The position numbers and the translations under genes are program-made. From assembly GCA_964607755.1 (NCBI GenBank), contig CAZSMC010000006.1, forward strand, positions 19,955 through 83,954: a stretch of DNA of 64,000 bases. Reading direction: 5' to 3'. Origin of the DNA: an uncultured Cytophagia bacterium. GTDB lineage: Bacteria; Zhuqueibacterota; Zhuqueibacteria; Residuimicrobiales; Krinioviventaceae. The notes below the pieces were generated by a model. It was not told the DNA's origin and did not search any database. It saw only the letters and a list, made by a program, of their open reading frames with translations. Positions 54,851 through 64,000 of this stretch are shown one piece after another (the first letter of the stretch is position 1; the number at the start of each line of letters is the position of its first letter).

Positions 54851-55997
54851 GGACAGGTTCCTCCAGCACGGTCAGAATATCCTGCGGTGTGACAGGCATG
54901 CCGTTTATCTTTGATATTTTTTCTACAGGCACTTTTCCCTTTACCGCACATTCGATTTCATGGGCAAGCTGGCCAGAGTTCATCTCTGGTACGATGATCC
55001 GGTTGACTGACCCAAGGATTTTTTTTATGTGAGATTCAGCAAAAGGCCAGATGGTTTTTAAGCGGAGCATACCGACTCGCACACTTTCACTTTGCGCTGT
55101 TTTAATCGCATGCCGCGCAGAACGCGCCACAGATCCGTAAGCCACAATGACCGTGTCAGCGTCTTCGAGTTGATACTCTTCCACCTCGATAATTTCATCC
55201 CGCCTTGCGTCAATTTTCCGGTCCAGCCTCTCATAAAGCTCCTGAACTTTTTGATGATTATTAGTCGGGAAACCGGTTTCATCATGTGCCAGGCCGGTCA
55301 CATGAAATCGATAGCCGGAACCAAAATCAGCCATGGGAGGCACACCGGAGGGTGTGAACTCGTACGGCAGATAATCTTCTTTCCTTCCATTCGGCTTTAT
55401 ACGGTTCACCACAGAAATTTCCTCTGGTGAGGGGAAAAACACTTTTTCATTCAAATGAGCAATCACTTCATCCATTAGTAAAATAACAGGTGTTCGATAT
55501 TGCTCCGACAGGTTAAACGCCGTAACAGTCAGATCAAACGCTTCCCGCACACTGGACGGTGCCAGAGCAATGATGGGGTGATCGCCATGCGTGCCCCATT
55601 TGGCTTGCATCACATCGCCCTGCGAGGGCATAGTGGGCAAGCCGGTACTTGGTCCACCGCGCATTACGTTGACGACTACACAGGGAACTTCTGCCATTAC
55701 CGCATAACCGATATTTTCTTGCATCAATGAAAAACCAGGTCCGCTGGTTGCAGTCATAGATTTCACACCAGTCAGCGAACCGCCGATAATTGCGGCCATG
55801 GAGGAAATCTCATCTTCCATTTGAATAAAAACACCGCCGTGCCGGGGAAGCTGCTCGGCAAGCGTCTCGGCAATTTCCGACGACGGCGTGATCGGATAGC
55901 CGGCATAAAAACGCATACCGGCTGCTAAAGCGCCCAGAGCGCAGGCTTCGTTCCCGGTAATGACACGAACGCTGCCGTCATTTTGAGTTTTTTGCAT
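54843..55997 (-). CDS. 2-oxoacid:ferredoxin oxidoreductase, alpha subunit
   Basis: 'AGYPITPSSEI', 'MAAIIGGSLTG'. Confidence 0.85.
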   Translation of the reverse strand: MQKTQNDGSVRVITGNEACALGALAAGMRFYAGYPITPSSEIAETLAEQLPRHGGVFIQMEDEISSMAAIIGGSLTGVKSMTATSGPGFSLMQENIGYAVMAEVPCVVVNVMRGGPSTGLPTMPSQGDVMQAKWGTHGDHPIIALAPSSVREAFDLTVTAFNLSEQYRTPVILLMDEVIAHLNEKVFFPSPEEISVVNRIKPNGRKEDYLPYEFTPSGVPPMADFGSGYRFHVTGLAHDETGFPTNNHQKVQELYERLDRKIDARRDEIIEVEEYQLEDADTVIVAYGSVARSARHAIKTAQSESVRVGMLRLKTIWPFAESHIKKILGSVNRIIVPEMNSGQLAHEIECAVKGKVPVEKISKINGMPVTPQDILTVLEEPVHV

Positions 55998-56000
55998 CGC

Positions 56001-56216
56001 TTATTCCACGTCTGCGCTTGATTTGTTCTTGATTACGCTAATGGCAAAGTCAGGGCATCTGATTTCACACATCATGCAAGCGGTACATGCCTCTAAATTT
56101 TTAACAACCGCTTTGCCGTTTTTCATTTCTAATACATCAGTCGGGCAAAAAACCACACATATTTCACAGCCTTTGCACCATTCGTTCTTTATTTCTATTG
56201 AAACTGAATTTTTCAT
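56001..56216 (-). CDS. 2-oxoacid:ferredoxin oxidoreductase, delta subunit (2x[4Fe-4S] ferredoxin)
   Basis: 'CKGCEICVVFCP' and 'CTACMMCEIRCP'. Confidence 0.8.
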   Translation of the reverse strand: MKNSVSIEIKNEWCKGCEICVVFCPTDVLEMKNGKAVVKNLEACTACMMCEIRCPDFAISVIKNKSSADVE

Positions 56217-56255
56217 TTAAATCTCTTAACAGAAATTATACTTTGAGCTGTGGAA

Positions 56256-57566
56256 TTATATTTTTTCAAGAACATCTTTCAGCGTCGGATGACCAATTTC
56301 CTGCAATTCATAGAACACCCGTATCGTCGGTTTTTTGATCTTTGTGATACGCCGCAAATCGATTGGCGTTCCGATAATTACAGCGTCACAATCGGTGCGA
56401 TTCACGGTGTTTTCCAGATCTATCATCTGTGCTTTGCCATAGCCCATTGCTGGCAGCAGGGCACCAATGTCAGGATATTTTTCAAATGTTTCTTTTAATG
56501 TTCCTTGAAGAAACGGCCTGGGATCAACAATTTCAGCAGCGCCATATTTTCGCGCCGCCATGACACCGGCTCCGAATTTCATCTCGCCGTGAGTCAGGGT
56601 TGGGCCGTCTTCAACCACCAGGACTCGCTTGCCGCTGATAAGCTCCGGTCGATCCACTCGAATCGGCGAAGCGGCGTCAATAATCTGAGCAGTTGGATTC
56701 ATTTCGCGCACATTTTTTCGAACGCTTTCAATATCTGCTATATTTGCACTGATCTCTTTATTAATGACGATACAATGTGCCATGCGAACATTAGCCTCAG
56801 CCGGGAAATAAGCGGTTTCATGTCCCGGACGCAGTGGATCAACAATTGTGATATGAATGTCCGGTTTATAAAATGGCAGATCGTTATTACCGCCATCCCA
56901 TAAAATCACATCCGCTTCTTTTTCAGCCTGTTCAAGAATTGCGCCATAATCGACGCCCGCATAAACAACACTGCCCCGCATGATGTGTGGTTCGTATTCT
57001 TCCATTTCTTCAATTGTGCAATTATATTTTTGCAAATCGTCGAGCGAGGCAAAACGCTGCACTTTTTGCGTCTTGAGATCACCATAAGGCATTGGATGCC
57101 GAACCGCGACGATTTTTTTGCCGCGTTCTTTAAGAATCTCGGCGACCCGGCGCGTGGTTTGACTTTTTCCACACCCGGTACGCACAGCGCCAACAGCCAC
57201 AACAGGGACGTTGGATTTTAGCATGGTAAATTTCGGGCCGAGCAATGAAAAAGTAGCTCCCAGGGAATTGACCACACCAGAGTAATGCATGACCGTTTGA
57301 TTTGACACATCGCTGTATGAGAAAAAAACCTCATCCACATTATGCTTGTCAATCAAATCTAAAAGTTCGTTCTCCGGCCGGATGGGAATGCCTTCCGGGT
57401 AAAACGATCCGGCCAACTCTGCCGGATACCGGCGCCCTTCGATGTTTGGGATTTGTGTTGCAGTAAAAGCGATTACATCGTAATCATCATTATCTCGGAA
57501 AAATGTATTAAAATTATGAAAGTCGCGACCTGCTGCACCCATGATAATCACTTTCTTGCCGGGCAT
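56256..57566 (-). CDS. P-loop protein resembling cyclic 2,3-diphosphoglycerate synthetase
   Basis: Start set at 'MPGKKVIIMGAAGRDFHNFN' (GGAGG RBS). Unusual P-loop 'GAVRTGCGKSQTT'. About 436 aa. Confidence 0.4.
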   Translation of the reverse strand: MPGKKVIIMGAAGRDFHNFNTFFRDNDDYDVIAFTATQIPNIEGRRYPAELAGSFYPEGIPIRPENELLDLIDKHNVDEVFFSYSDVSNQTVMHYSGVVNSLGATFSLLGPKFTMLKSNVPVVAVGAVRTGCGKSQTTRRVAEILKERGKKIVAVRHPMPYGDLKTQKVQRFASLDDLQKYNCTIEEMEEYEPHIMRGSVVYAGVDYGAILEQAEKEADVILWDGGNNDLPFYKPDIHITIVDPLRPGHETAYFPAEANVRMAHCIVINKEISANIADIESVRKNVREMNPTAQIIDAASPIRVDRPELISGKRVLVVEDGPTLTHGEMKFGAGVMAARKYGAAEIVDPRPFLQGTLKETFEKYPDIGALLPAMGYGKAQMIDLENTVNRTDCDAVIIGTPIDLRRITKIKKPTIRVFYELQEIGHPTLKDVLEKI

Positions 57567-57695
57567 AAATCCTCCGTTTTTTCGATAAAACTCTAAATTA
57601 AAACCACACGAAATTTGATAGACCCACCAGTTCGCATATGCCAACTGTTTTTTCACTTTCTTATATCCATAAAAAAAGCAGGCAATAAACCTGCT

Positions 57696-58709
57696 CTATT
57701 CATTCATAGCGGATGACTTTTCATAAAAATTGAGTTGATCAAAGATCACTTTTTTTATGTCATCAAAAGTTTCAAGGGAGAACAATTTTTTTCTGATTTG
57801 GGTGGCGTTTGGAAATCCTTTAAAATACAGTGACAATTGTTTGCGCATCATAAATACACACCGCTTTTCACCAAAAGTTTCTTTTGACAGCTCCAGGTGA
57901 CGCAGGCAAACGTGTAACCGTTCCGAATAACTGGGAACGTGCGGTTCCCGGTTTTTTTCCAGATAATCCTTAATTTGCTTGAAAATCCAGGGATTTCCAA
58001 ACGCAGCCCGGCCAATCATTATTCCATCGCAGCCGGTTTGCTGAAGCATTTGCTCAGCATCGTAAGCTGTCTCGATATCGCCATTGCCAATGACAGGAAT
58101 AGAAACAGCTTTTTTTACTGCCGTAATCAATGACCAATCGGACTGGCCCCGGAACTGCATACTCTGAGTGCGTGGATGGACAGCTACAGCGGCAATGCCA
58201 ACCTCTTCCAGAACCTGGGCCGCTTCCACTACCTGGATGGAGTGTATATCCCAGCCGCTGCGCAGCTTGGCAGTGACCGGCAGGTCCGTTGCATGCACAG
58301 CAGCGGCGGCAACCGCACGCAGTTTCGGGAGATTGCGCATCAAAGCGCAGCCGGCGCCACGGCGAATCACCTTTTTAGCCGGACAGCCAAAATTGAGATC
58401 AATGAAATCCGGTTTTAATTGGGAAATGATCTCGACAGCTTTACCGACCGTTTCCGGATCGGCACCAAAAATTTGCACGCCAATCGGACGTTCTTCAGCG
58501 TCAAAACGTGCAAGCTCTAATGTCTTCTTTTGCTTCCGGATGATGCCATCGGCACTGACCATTTCGGTATATAAAATATCAGCGCCGTATCGCCGACATA
58601 ACCGCCGAAACGGCGAGTCAGACCATCCGGCCAACGGGGCTAATGCCGTTGGATGCTTTATGTCTGCCCCGAATAAATTCACAGCGGGCGAATATAATGG
58701 TTTCATCAT
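57696..58709 (-). CDS. dusB: tRNA-dihydrouridine synthase
   Basis: 'ALAPLAGWSDSPFRRLCRRYGADILYTEMVSA', 'NFGCPAKKV'. Confidence 0.8.
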   Translation of the reverse strand: MMKPLYSPAVNLFGADIKHPTALAPLAGWSDSPFRRLCRRYGADILYTEMVSADGIIRKQKKTLELARFDAEERPIGVQIFGADPETVGKAVEIISQLKPDFIDLNFGCPAKKVIRRGAGCALMRNLPKLRAVAAAAVHATDLPVTAKLRSGWDIHSIQVVEAAQVLEEVGIAAVAVHPRTQSMQFRGQSDWSLITAVKKAVSIPVIGNGDIETAYDAEQMLQQTGCDGIMIGRAAFGNPWIFKQIKDYLEKNREPHVPSYSERLHVCLRHLELSKETFGEKRCVFMMRKQLSLYFKGFPNATQIRKKLFSLETFDDIKKVIFDQLNFYEKSSAMNE

Positions 58710-58820
58710 TGCGAGTCAAGGTTTTTCCTGTCTCAACCGTAAAAGCTCACTGACGGGAGAAAATCTTTGCAGCATTACAAAAAAGTGGGCTAAAGCCCGT
58801 TATGTTGAGAGGTCATCTTT

Positions 58821-58875
58821 AACCCCGAGCTAAAGCTCGGGGCAATATTATAGCCCCGACTTTTAAGTCGGGGTT
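58821..58875. repeat. Two tandem, related GC-rich stem-loops (CCCCGAGC-taaa-GCTCGGGG and CCCCGAC-ttttaa-GTCGGGG)
   Basis: Read directly at 58823-58842 and 58854-58873. They lie in a 500-bp intergenic region downstream of thiI and upstream of dusB. Confidence 0.4.
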
Positions 58876-59209
58876 ATTATTGAGATTCTTTAATAGGCAC
58901 TTTAGTGCCCAAATATTAAAATTTCCACCCAAGACTGAGCTCTTACTCTCAACCTGTTAAATACAAAATTCGTTGAAAATAGTTTCTATTCGATAGTTGA
59001 AATGATAAATGTGCAACCTGACGAAAAAAAATGTCGTAACTATTCACGGAAAATCTTTGACAGATTAATAGGATTGGCAAGATTTATATTTAATCCAATT
59101 GATTTTGACTTTGAATATCCTGTTAAAAAATTTAAATGCTTAATAAAAACAAAATTTGCCTTGCGTAACCGCGTTTAAATTTACCGGCAAAAGTAGGAGC
59201 AAATATAGA

Positions 59210-60385
59210 TCAACGGCTTTCCGGGAAATGCAGTTTCTTGATTTCTGTTTGATGCAGTGATTCTCTTAAAAGTTCGAGCCACATTAAATTCTGCTCGGCT
59301 GCCAGCACGTCTTCCATCTTTGCTTTGGTTTCAGGATTTCTGGGAACAAGATAACTGCAGCAATCGTCGTGGGGTTCAGTTGAGATTTTATACGTGCCGA
59401 GTTCCCGGGCTCGTTTGACAATCATGTCCTTGTTCATACCAACAAGCGGTCTCAGCACCGGCAGGCTAACCGCATTAGCGATAGCGCCAATATTTTCCAG
59501 AGTTTGCGAAGCCACCTGTCCAAGGCTTTCACCAGACACCAGTGCTCTGGCGCGTTCGCGTTTTGCAATGCGTTCCGCCAGCCGGAACATCATTCTCCGG
59601 TACAGGATAATTCGCAATTTCGTCGGCGCCTTGGCAATGATCTGTCGCTGAATTTCAGCCAGGGGAACAATGTATAAGATACTATAATATTGATACCGGG
59701 TCAAAAGCTCAGTGAGATGGATAGCATTGTAAACCGAGGTTTTTTCAGTGAACGGAAAGCTGTGAAAATGCACAAAAACCACATGACATCCGCGCGTCAT
59801 GATAATATGTGATGAAACTGGCGAATCGATGCCAGCGGACAGCAGACTCACCACTTTGCCAGTGCTGCCCACCGGTAAACCGCGAAGGCCTTCCACGCTT
59901 TCCACAGAATAAAAAACCTGTTTGTTGAAAATCTCAATGGTCACAGTCAAATCAGCCCGGTCGCTTAAATCTACTTTTGTCCTGGTTTTGGATTGAATGT
60001 GCGCCCCGACTATGCGATTGATCTCAACAGAATTGTGCGGGAAATCCTTATCCGCACGCCGGGTGTCAATGCGAAAAGAATCAAACTCTTTATCTTTTAC
60101 CGTTTGATAGATTTGCTCTTTAAGACCATCCAGTTCTGTGCTGCCCTGATGGGCCACACGCAGATAAGAAGTGCCAACGACATTTTTGAGCCGGTCCAGC
60201 AAAAGCCGCTCATCTGCTTCTTCAGGATAATACAGCAAAAATCGGCCGTAATCCATTTTTACCCGCGTACCTGGAATATCTGTTATAGCGTGGCGAATAT
60301 TATTTCGCAACCGGGTTTCGAAAAAACCGCGATTGCCTTTTTTCAACGTGATTTCACTGTGATGGATAATAATAACTTTATGCAT
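59210..60385 (-). CDS. thiI: tRNA 4-thiouridine sulfurtransferase ThiI (THUMP + PP-loop, no rhodanese domain)
   Basis: 'IIIHHSEITLKKGNRGFFE' (THUMP start). PP-loop 'LLSAGIDSPVSS'. Confidence 0.8.
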   Translation of the reverse strand: MHKVIIIHHSEITLKKGNRGFFETRLRNNIRHAITDIPGTRVKMDYGRFLLYYPEEADERLLLDRLKNVVGTSYLRVAHQGSTELDGLKEQIYQTVKDKEFDSFRIDTRRADKDFPHNSVEINRIVGAHIQSKTRTKVDLSDRADLTVTIEIFNKQVFYSVESVEGLRGLPVGSTGKVVSLLSAGIDSPVSSHIIMTRGCHVVFVHFHSFPFTEKTSVYNAIHLTELLTRYQYYSILYIVPLAEIQRQIIAKAPTKLRIILYRRMMFRLAERIAKRERARALVSGESLGQVASQTLENIGAIANAVSLPVLRPLVGMNKDMIVKRARELGTYKISTEPHDDCCSYLVPRNPETKAKMEDVLAAEQNLMWLELLRESLHQTEIKKLHFPESR

Positions 60386-60556
60386 TTTTTTCTGCTTTTA
60401 GAATGAACCGGACAAGCCGAATAGTTAATTGTTTTAGAAAATATAATCAAACACAGCTTTGAATTGAATTGTTCATCTTTTGTTCCAAACAGGCAAAAAA
60501 AATCCGGCTTGAAAAAATCACAAACCGGTTTTTTTCTTAAACATTTTGGGTTTGTT

Positions 60557-61138
60557 TCATTCCTGAGTGATATTCCCTAAAAGGATGTCGCTGACTTGTT
60601 TCGAGGCTGCGGCAAGATCAAAATTTTTGGACTTTGACAGGACATAATTGGCAGAAATCTGATCAACAGCTCCAAATACGACCTGCTTAAAAATGGTGGG
60701 ATTTATTTCAGTCCGGAATTCACCGTTTTTCTGGCCTTCCTCAAAAGCGTCGCCAATGGTATCCAGATATTCTTTGAACCGGGTGCCATGGTAGCTGTGC
60801 AGAAACTTGCTGCTCTGGCGTAATTCTACTTCAAAAAGAAGTGTTAAATCAGGGTTGTTCTGGACCATCTTAAAGTGCTGCTCGATAAATGTAATAATTT
60901 TGTCGCGAGCCGTCTTTTGTTGCTTCATGACATGATGCATGGCCTCAATGATGGGCACCATTTCTTCCTCGAAAATAGAGATGAGTAGATCATCCTTATT
61001 TTCAAAGTATAGATATGTAGTTCCGGTTGCGACACCCGCATCTTTGGCAATATCCTCGACCTTGGCTTTATAAAAGCCTTCACGTGCAAAAATTTTAATA
61101 GCTGATTTTAGCAGACGCTGTCTTTTTTTATCATCCAT
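60557..61138 (-). CDS. TetR/AcrR-family transcriptional regulator
   Basis: HTH 'KVEDIAKDAGVATGTTYLYFENKDDLL'. Confidence 0.8.
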   Translation of the reverse strand: MDDKKRQRLLKSAIKIFAREGFYKAKVEDIAKDAGVATGTTYLYFENKDDLLISIFEEEMVPIIEAMHHVMKQQKTARDKIITFIEQHFKMVQNNPDLTLLFEVELRQSSKFLHSYHGTRFKEYLDTIGDAFEEGQKNGEFRTEINPTIFKQVVFGAVDQISANYVLSKSKNFDLAAASKQVSDILLGNITQE

Positions 61139-61333
61139 GGTCTTTATTCCTCCAATGTACGGTCCTGTTATATATGAACGAAATTCAAATTACTAAACTC
61201 CATTGATAAAAACAATAATTTTTGAAATAAAAGAGCCTTTTTCCTTTACATTAATATTTTGTATTTTACGCGAAACAAATTATAAACAACTTCGTCTTTA
61301 TGTCTAAACAGTTCATATTAAAGAGAGGCTGAA

Positions 61334-62056
61334 ATGACTGGTAATGAAAATGCTTTATCGTTGCAATCGCAGGATTTGAACGTGTTGCAGCGCATAATAA
61401 ATGTATTTGTTGCGCCAGCAGCAACTTTCAAAGCGGTTCGTCTCCGGCCGAAATGGCTCACCCCATTTCTGATCATTCTTGTCCTTACATTGGGCATCAC
61501 GCACTTTCTCAAGCCTGTGGCTCAGCAGGTTCAGAGAAAAGCTATGATCGAGCAATTGGAAAAGCAAGGCATGAGCGAGTCACAAATTGATTCACAGGTG
61601 GAAAATCTGCAATCGATGATGAAAATCTGGATGTATCCATCCGCTCTCCTGGCAACGGCGTTCATGCTGTTTGCTGGTGCGCTTATCTGGCTTTTTATCA
61701 GCAATACGATCATTGGCAGTGATGTCAATTTCGGGCAAATGATGGGGGTGAACTGTTACCGTTATCTCATACTACTGCTTGGCAGCCTGATCAAGTTACC
61801 GATTATGCTCTCTCAGAATACCATTAACGTACATTTTAGTCTGGCTACATTCATGTCCGATGAAGCGCAAAACACGTTTATCTATAAATTCCTCAGCAAC
61901 GTAGAACTATTCAACATCTGGTCAATTGCGGTGCTGTGCATTGGCCTCGCCGTTGTTGCACGAGTCAAAGTCGATAAAATTTGGCCCTGGGCAGCACTGT
62001 TGTTTCTCATTTACTATGCTGGTGCCGCCGGTATCGGAACAGCATTTGGGCGATAA
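61334..62056 (+). CDS. Hypothetical polytopic membrane protein (Yip1-like topology)
   Basis: 240 aa, about five transmembrane helices. Divergent from the TetR gene. Confidence 0.45.
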   Translation: MTGNENALSLQSQDLNVLQRIINVFVAPAATFKAVRLRPKWLTPFLIILVLTLGITHFLKPVAQQVQRKAMIEQLEKQGMSESQIDSQVENLQSMMKIWMYPSALLATAFMLFAGALIWLFISNTIIGSDVNFGQMMGVNCYRYLILLLGSLIKLPIMLSQNTINVHFSLATFMSDEAQNTFIYKFLSNVELFNIWSIAVLCIGLAVVARVKVDKIWPWAALLFLIYYAGAAGIGTAFGR

Positions 62057-62078
62057 ATCAAAATATGGAGTTGATATA

Positions 62079-63452
62079 ATGATCTCCCGCATAATGGTTC
62101 TCATCCTCGGAATGGCAGTATGTTCATCTTTATCCATCGCTGCACCACAAAGTGACAGCTTGTCACTCAAAGAGTGCATCGATATTGCATTGCAGAACAA
62201 TTCCCAGTTACGTTTGGCAGAGCACCAGGTCGAGTTAGCCACTACAAATATCACGACCGCGCGTTCGAACTGGCTGCCACAGGTTGATGTCAGTACAAAC
62301 GCCGGTCGAATCATTCAAGGACCGCGTAATCTCAAAGAAAACGTCCCGGTCGATATTGATCCTGTCACCGGACAGGTTATTTACGAGCAAAGACAGATTT
62401 TGCAGGACGCTACGAAATGGGACCGGTACGGTATTAATACATCTCTGAGTCAAAACATTTTCGATTTTGGCCGCACTACCAATTCCATTCACAGCGCTAA
62501 AACGCTTCATAAAGTTCGCCAGCACGAATTAATTAACACGCAACATTTGGTCATGGTCAACGTCAAAAGGGCGTTTTATGAATTGCTGAAATCTTATGAA
62601 TTGCTCAATGTTTACCAGGAAGCTGTTCGCGCTGCTGAAGAAAACCTGGATTATTACGAATCCATGCTGAACCTCGGGCTCATCTCAAAAGCGGAAATGT
62701 ATCAAGCCAAAGTCAATGTTGGCAATCAGCGCACCAACGTGATCAACCAGCAAAACAACATTCAATTTGCCAAGGCACAACTCAATAATGCCCTGGGCCG
62801 CGATCCGAATATCCCCATTGAAATTCGCCGAAATAGCGATAAGCCTCTTTTCCCGGATTATGATTTTGAAAAAGCATCTGAAATTGCGTTGGAAAATAAC
62901 GAAATCCTCAAAGCTCTCGACTTGCGTGTGAAGGCTCAGGAGTTTAGTATCAGAGCGGCACGGGCACGTTACTTGCCAGTTATCGGCGGCCAGATTTCCT
63001 ATAGCCGGAACAATACTGACGCTGGTCGGGTTTACACAACTAAACTTGACGAAGATTACTCGATTTCTTTTGGGGCTCAATTCAGCCTGAATATTTTTAA
63101 TGGTCTGGCGGACAAGGCCGAGATTCAGCGTCAAATCTTAAACCGTGAGATGGCGCTGGAGAATCTGCGCGAGGAACGCCGCCTGTTGCTTACCGATGTC
63201 AAAGAATATTTTTTACAGCTTGCAGCTTTTAAAGATATCATTGAAATTAATAAGGAAAATATCGACGCTTACGAAGAAAATCTGCGGCTGCAGCGCGAAA
63301 AGCGCCGCGTAGGCTCAGGAACCGAGCTGGAAGTATCCCAGGCCCAGGTTGAACTTGTCAGAGCTCGTGAAGCTCTGGTCAGCGCCGAGTACAATGCCAT
63401 GATCGCCCGCGCACAACTGGAAGCTGCTCTGGGCATAATTGAACAAAAATAA
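62079..63452 (+). CDS. TolC-family outer-membrane efflux protein
   Basis: Start at 'MISRIMVLILGMAV' (GGAG RBS). Two tandem alpha-helical and beta-barrel repeats ('LSLKECIDIALQNNSQL...', 'ALENLREERRLL...'). Confidence 0.75.
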   Translation: MISRIMVLILGMAVCSSLSIAAPQSDSLSLKECIDIALQNNSQLRLAEHQVELATTNITTARSNWLPQVDVSTNAGRIIQGPRNLKENVPVDIDPVTGQVIYEQRQILQDATKWDRYGINTSLSQNIFDFGRTTNSIHSAKTLHKVRQHELINTQHLVMVNVKRAFYELLKSYELLNVYQEAVRAAEENLDYYESMLNLGLISKAEMYQAKVNVGNQRTNVINQQNNIQFAKAQLNNALGRDPNIPIEIRRNSDKPLFPDYDFEKASEIALENNEILKALDLRVKAQEFSIRAARARYLPVIGGQISYSRNNTDAGRVYTTKLDEDYSISFGAQFSLNIFNGLADKAEIQRQILNREMALENLREERRLLLTDVKEYFLQLAAFKDIIEINKENIDAYEENLRLQREKRRVGSGTELEVSQAQVELVRAREALVSAEYNAMIARAQLEAALGIIEQK

Positions 63453-63475
63453 TGTGCATAGAACAGGATTGAACA

Positions 63476-63922
63476 ATGAAAAAAGTCAACATTATATTCG
63501 GTGCGCTTTTATTGATAGCATTACTATTATCGCTCTCGTGCGAGAAAACCGAAGGCGGTGGCGGCGGCGGTATTGATCCCAGTGCGACTGATCCTCGCAT
63601 CATAGATGGATTTATTTGTGGTGATGTGATGGATAATAAACCTTTGCGTATCGACAATGAATATTTCGTTGATGAATATGTTTACCTCTGGCTGTCGCTT
63701 GAAAATGTCAGCGGGTCTCATTCGGTTCGCGTTCTGTGGATCGATCCCGATGACGATATTATCGAACAAAAACAAAGCTTTGTTTCAGAAACCGGATATT
63801 TTACTCTATATTTCTGGATCGATACAAGCGCCACAGCACCCACCGGGCAGTGGATCGCAGAAATTTACATCGACGGCAATTTGATGCGCAGCTACACTTT
63901 TTGGTTGTTCAGGGAGAATTAA
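63476..63922 (+). CDS. Hypothetical lipoprotein with a poly-Gly linker
   Basis: Lipobox 'LSLSC', then 'EKTEGGGGGGIDPS'. Confidence 0.5.
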   Translation: MKKVNIIFGALLLIALLLSLSCEKTEGGGGGGIDPSATDPRIIDGFICGDVMDNKPLRIDNEYFVDEYVYLWLSLENVSGSHSVRVLWIDPDDDIIEQKQSFVSETGYFTLYFWIDTSATAPTGQWIAEIYIDGNLMRSYTFWLFREN

Positions 63923-64000
63923 ACGTCATTAAATTAAATCCCATCTGGTTCTGTTTTTCGTTGGGGTGTCATTTTTTCAAAACATACAGGGACGTATAGA

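Noticed and set aside
58168-58833. 221-aa Arg/Ala-rich plus-strand ORF
   Set aside because: It is antisense to dusB, apart from its last ~124 nt, which run into the intergenic spacer. It is a GC-rich codon-shadow artefact.
61926-63452. Long form of the TolC-like ORF starting at 61926
   Set aside because: The N-terminal 51 aa overlap the preceding membrane-protein gene and lack a signal peptide. The internal ATG at 62079 has a GGAG RBS and gives a proper signal peptide.

Overview
The window is about 45% GC and looks like it comes from an anaerobic bacterium of the FCB group (Bacteroidota-like or a candidate phylum). The evidence for that placement is several proteins ending in the type IX secretion (T9SS) C-terminal sorting motif 'YPNPFN..TTI'.

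Gene content in order:
- 1-8055, minus strand: the 3' partial asnB, then a tightly packed corrinoid-dependent methyltransferase operon. It holds three distinct MttB-family methyltransferases with no in-frame amber codon (not pyrrolysine-type), one B12-binding corrinoid protein, one MtrH/AcsE-like methyl-THF:corrinoid methyltransferase and a standalone MetH-type activation-domain protein. This is probably a multi-substrate quaternary-amine demethylation system.
- 8056-8781: a long ORF-free leader. It is followed by hsp20, which has a clean intrinsic terminator and an upstream TTGACAG palindrome.
- 9.9-30.9 kb, minus strand: the most unusual locus. A FadL/PorV-family outer-membrane barrel lies next to an array of five large paralogues (848-1056 aa). 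Each paralogue combines an Ig-like N-terminus, an arylsulfate-sulfotransferase (ASST, PF05935-type) beta-propeller, an FN3 domain, mostly a CBM4/9-like sugar-binding domain, and a T9SS C-terminal domain. Two of the five have lost the conserved 'SSRH' / 'ECC' active-site-region motifs. The array is interrupted by a TPR-like secreted protein, a four-repeat lipoprotein, a membrane-anchored PAPS-type sulfotransferase and a second FabH-like ketosynthase. A Tat-exported formylglycine-type arylsulfatase lies just downstream. Together these suggest a surface-displayed sulfate-ester transfer and desulfation island.
- 32.6-42.1 kb: glycan-utilisation genes (GH140 remnant, DUF2442, GH3, GH127, a DoxX-fusion protein, L-fucose isomerase).
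- 42.2-64 kb: ordinary housekeeping genes. These include ddl, rlmB, an AEC transporter, GPP34, rnc, fabF-acpP-fabG-fabD-fabH-plsX-rpmF-yceD, ndk, a four-subunit 2-oxoacid:ferredoxin oxidoreductase, a cPGS-like P-loop protein, dusB and thiI. A TetR regulator with a membrane protein and a TolC-like gene follows, then a small lipoprotein.

No rRNA, tRNA, CRISPR array, transposase or integrase was seen.
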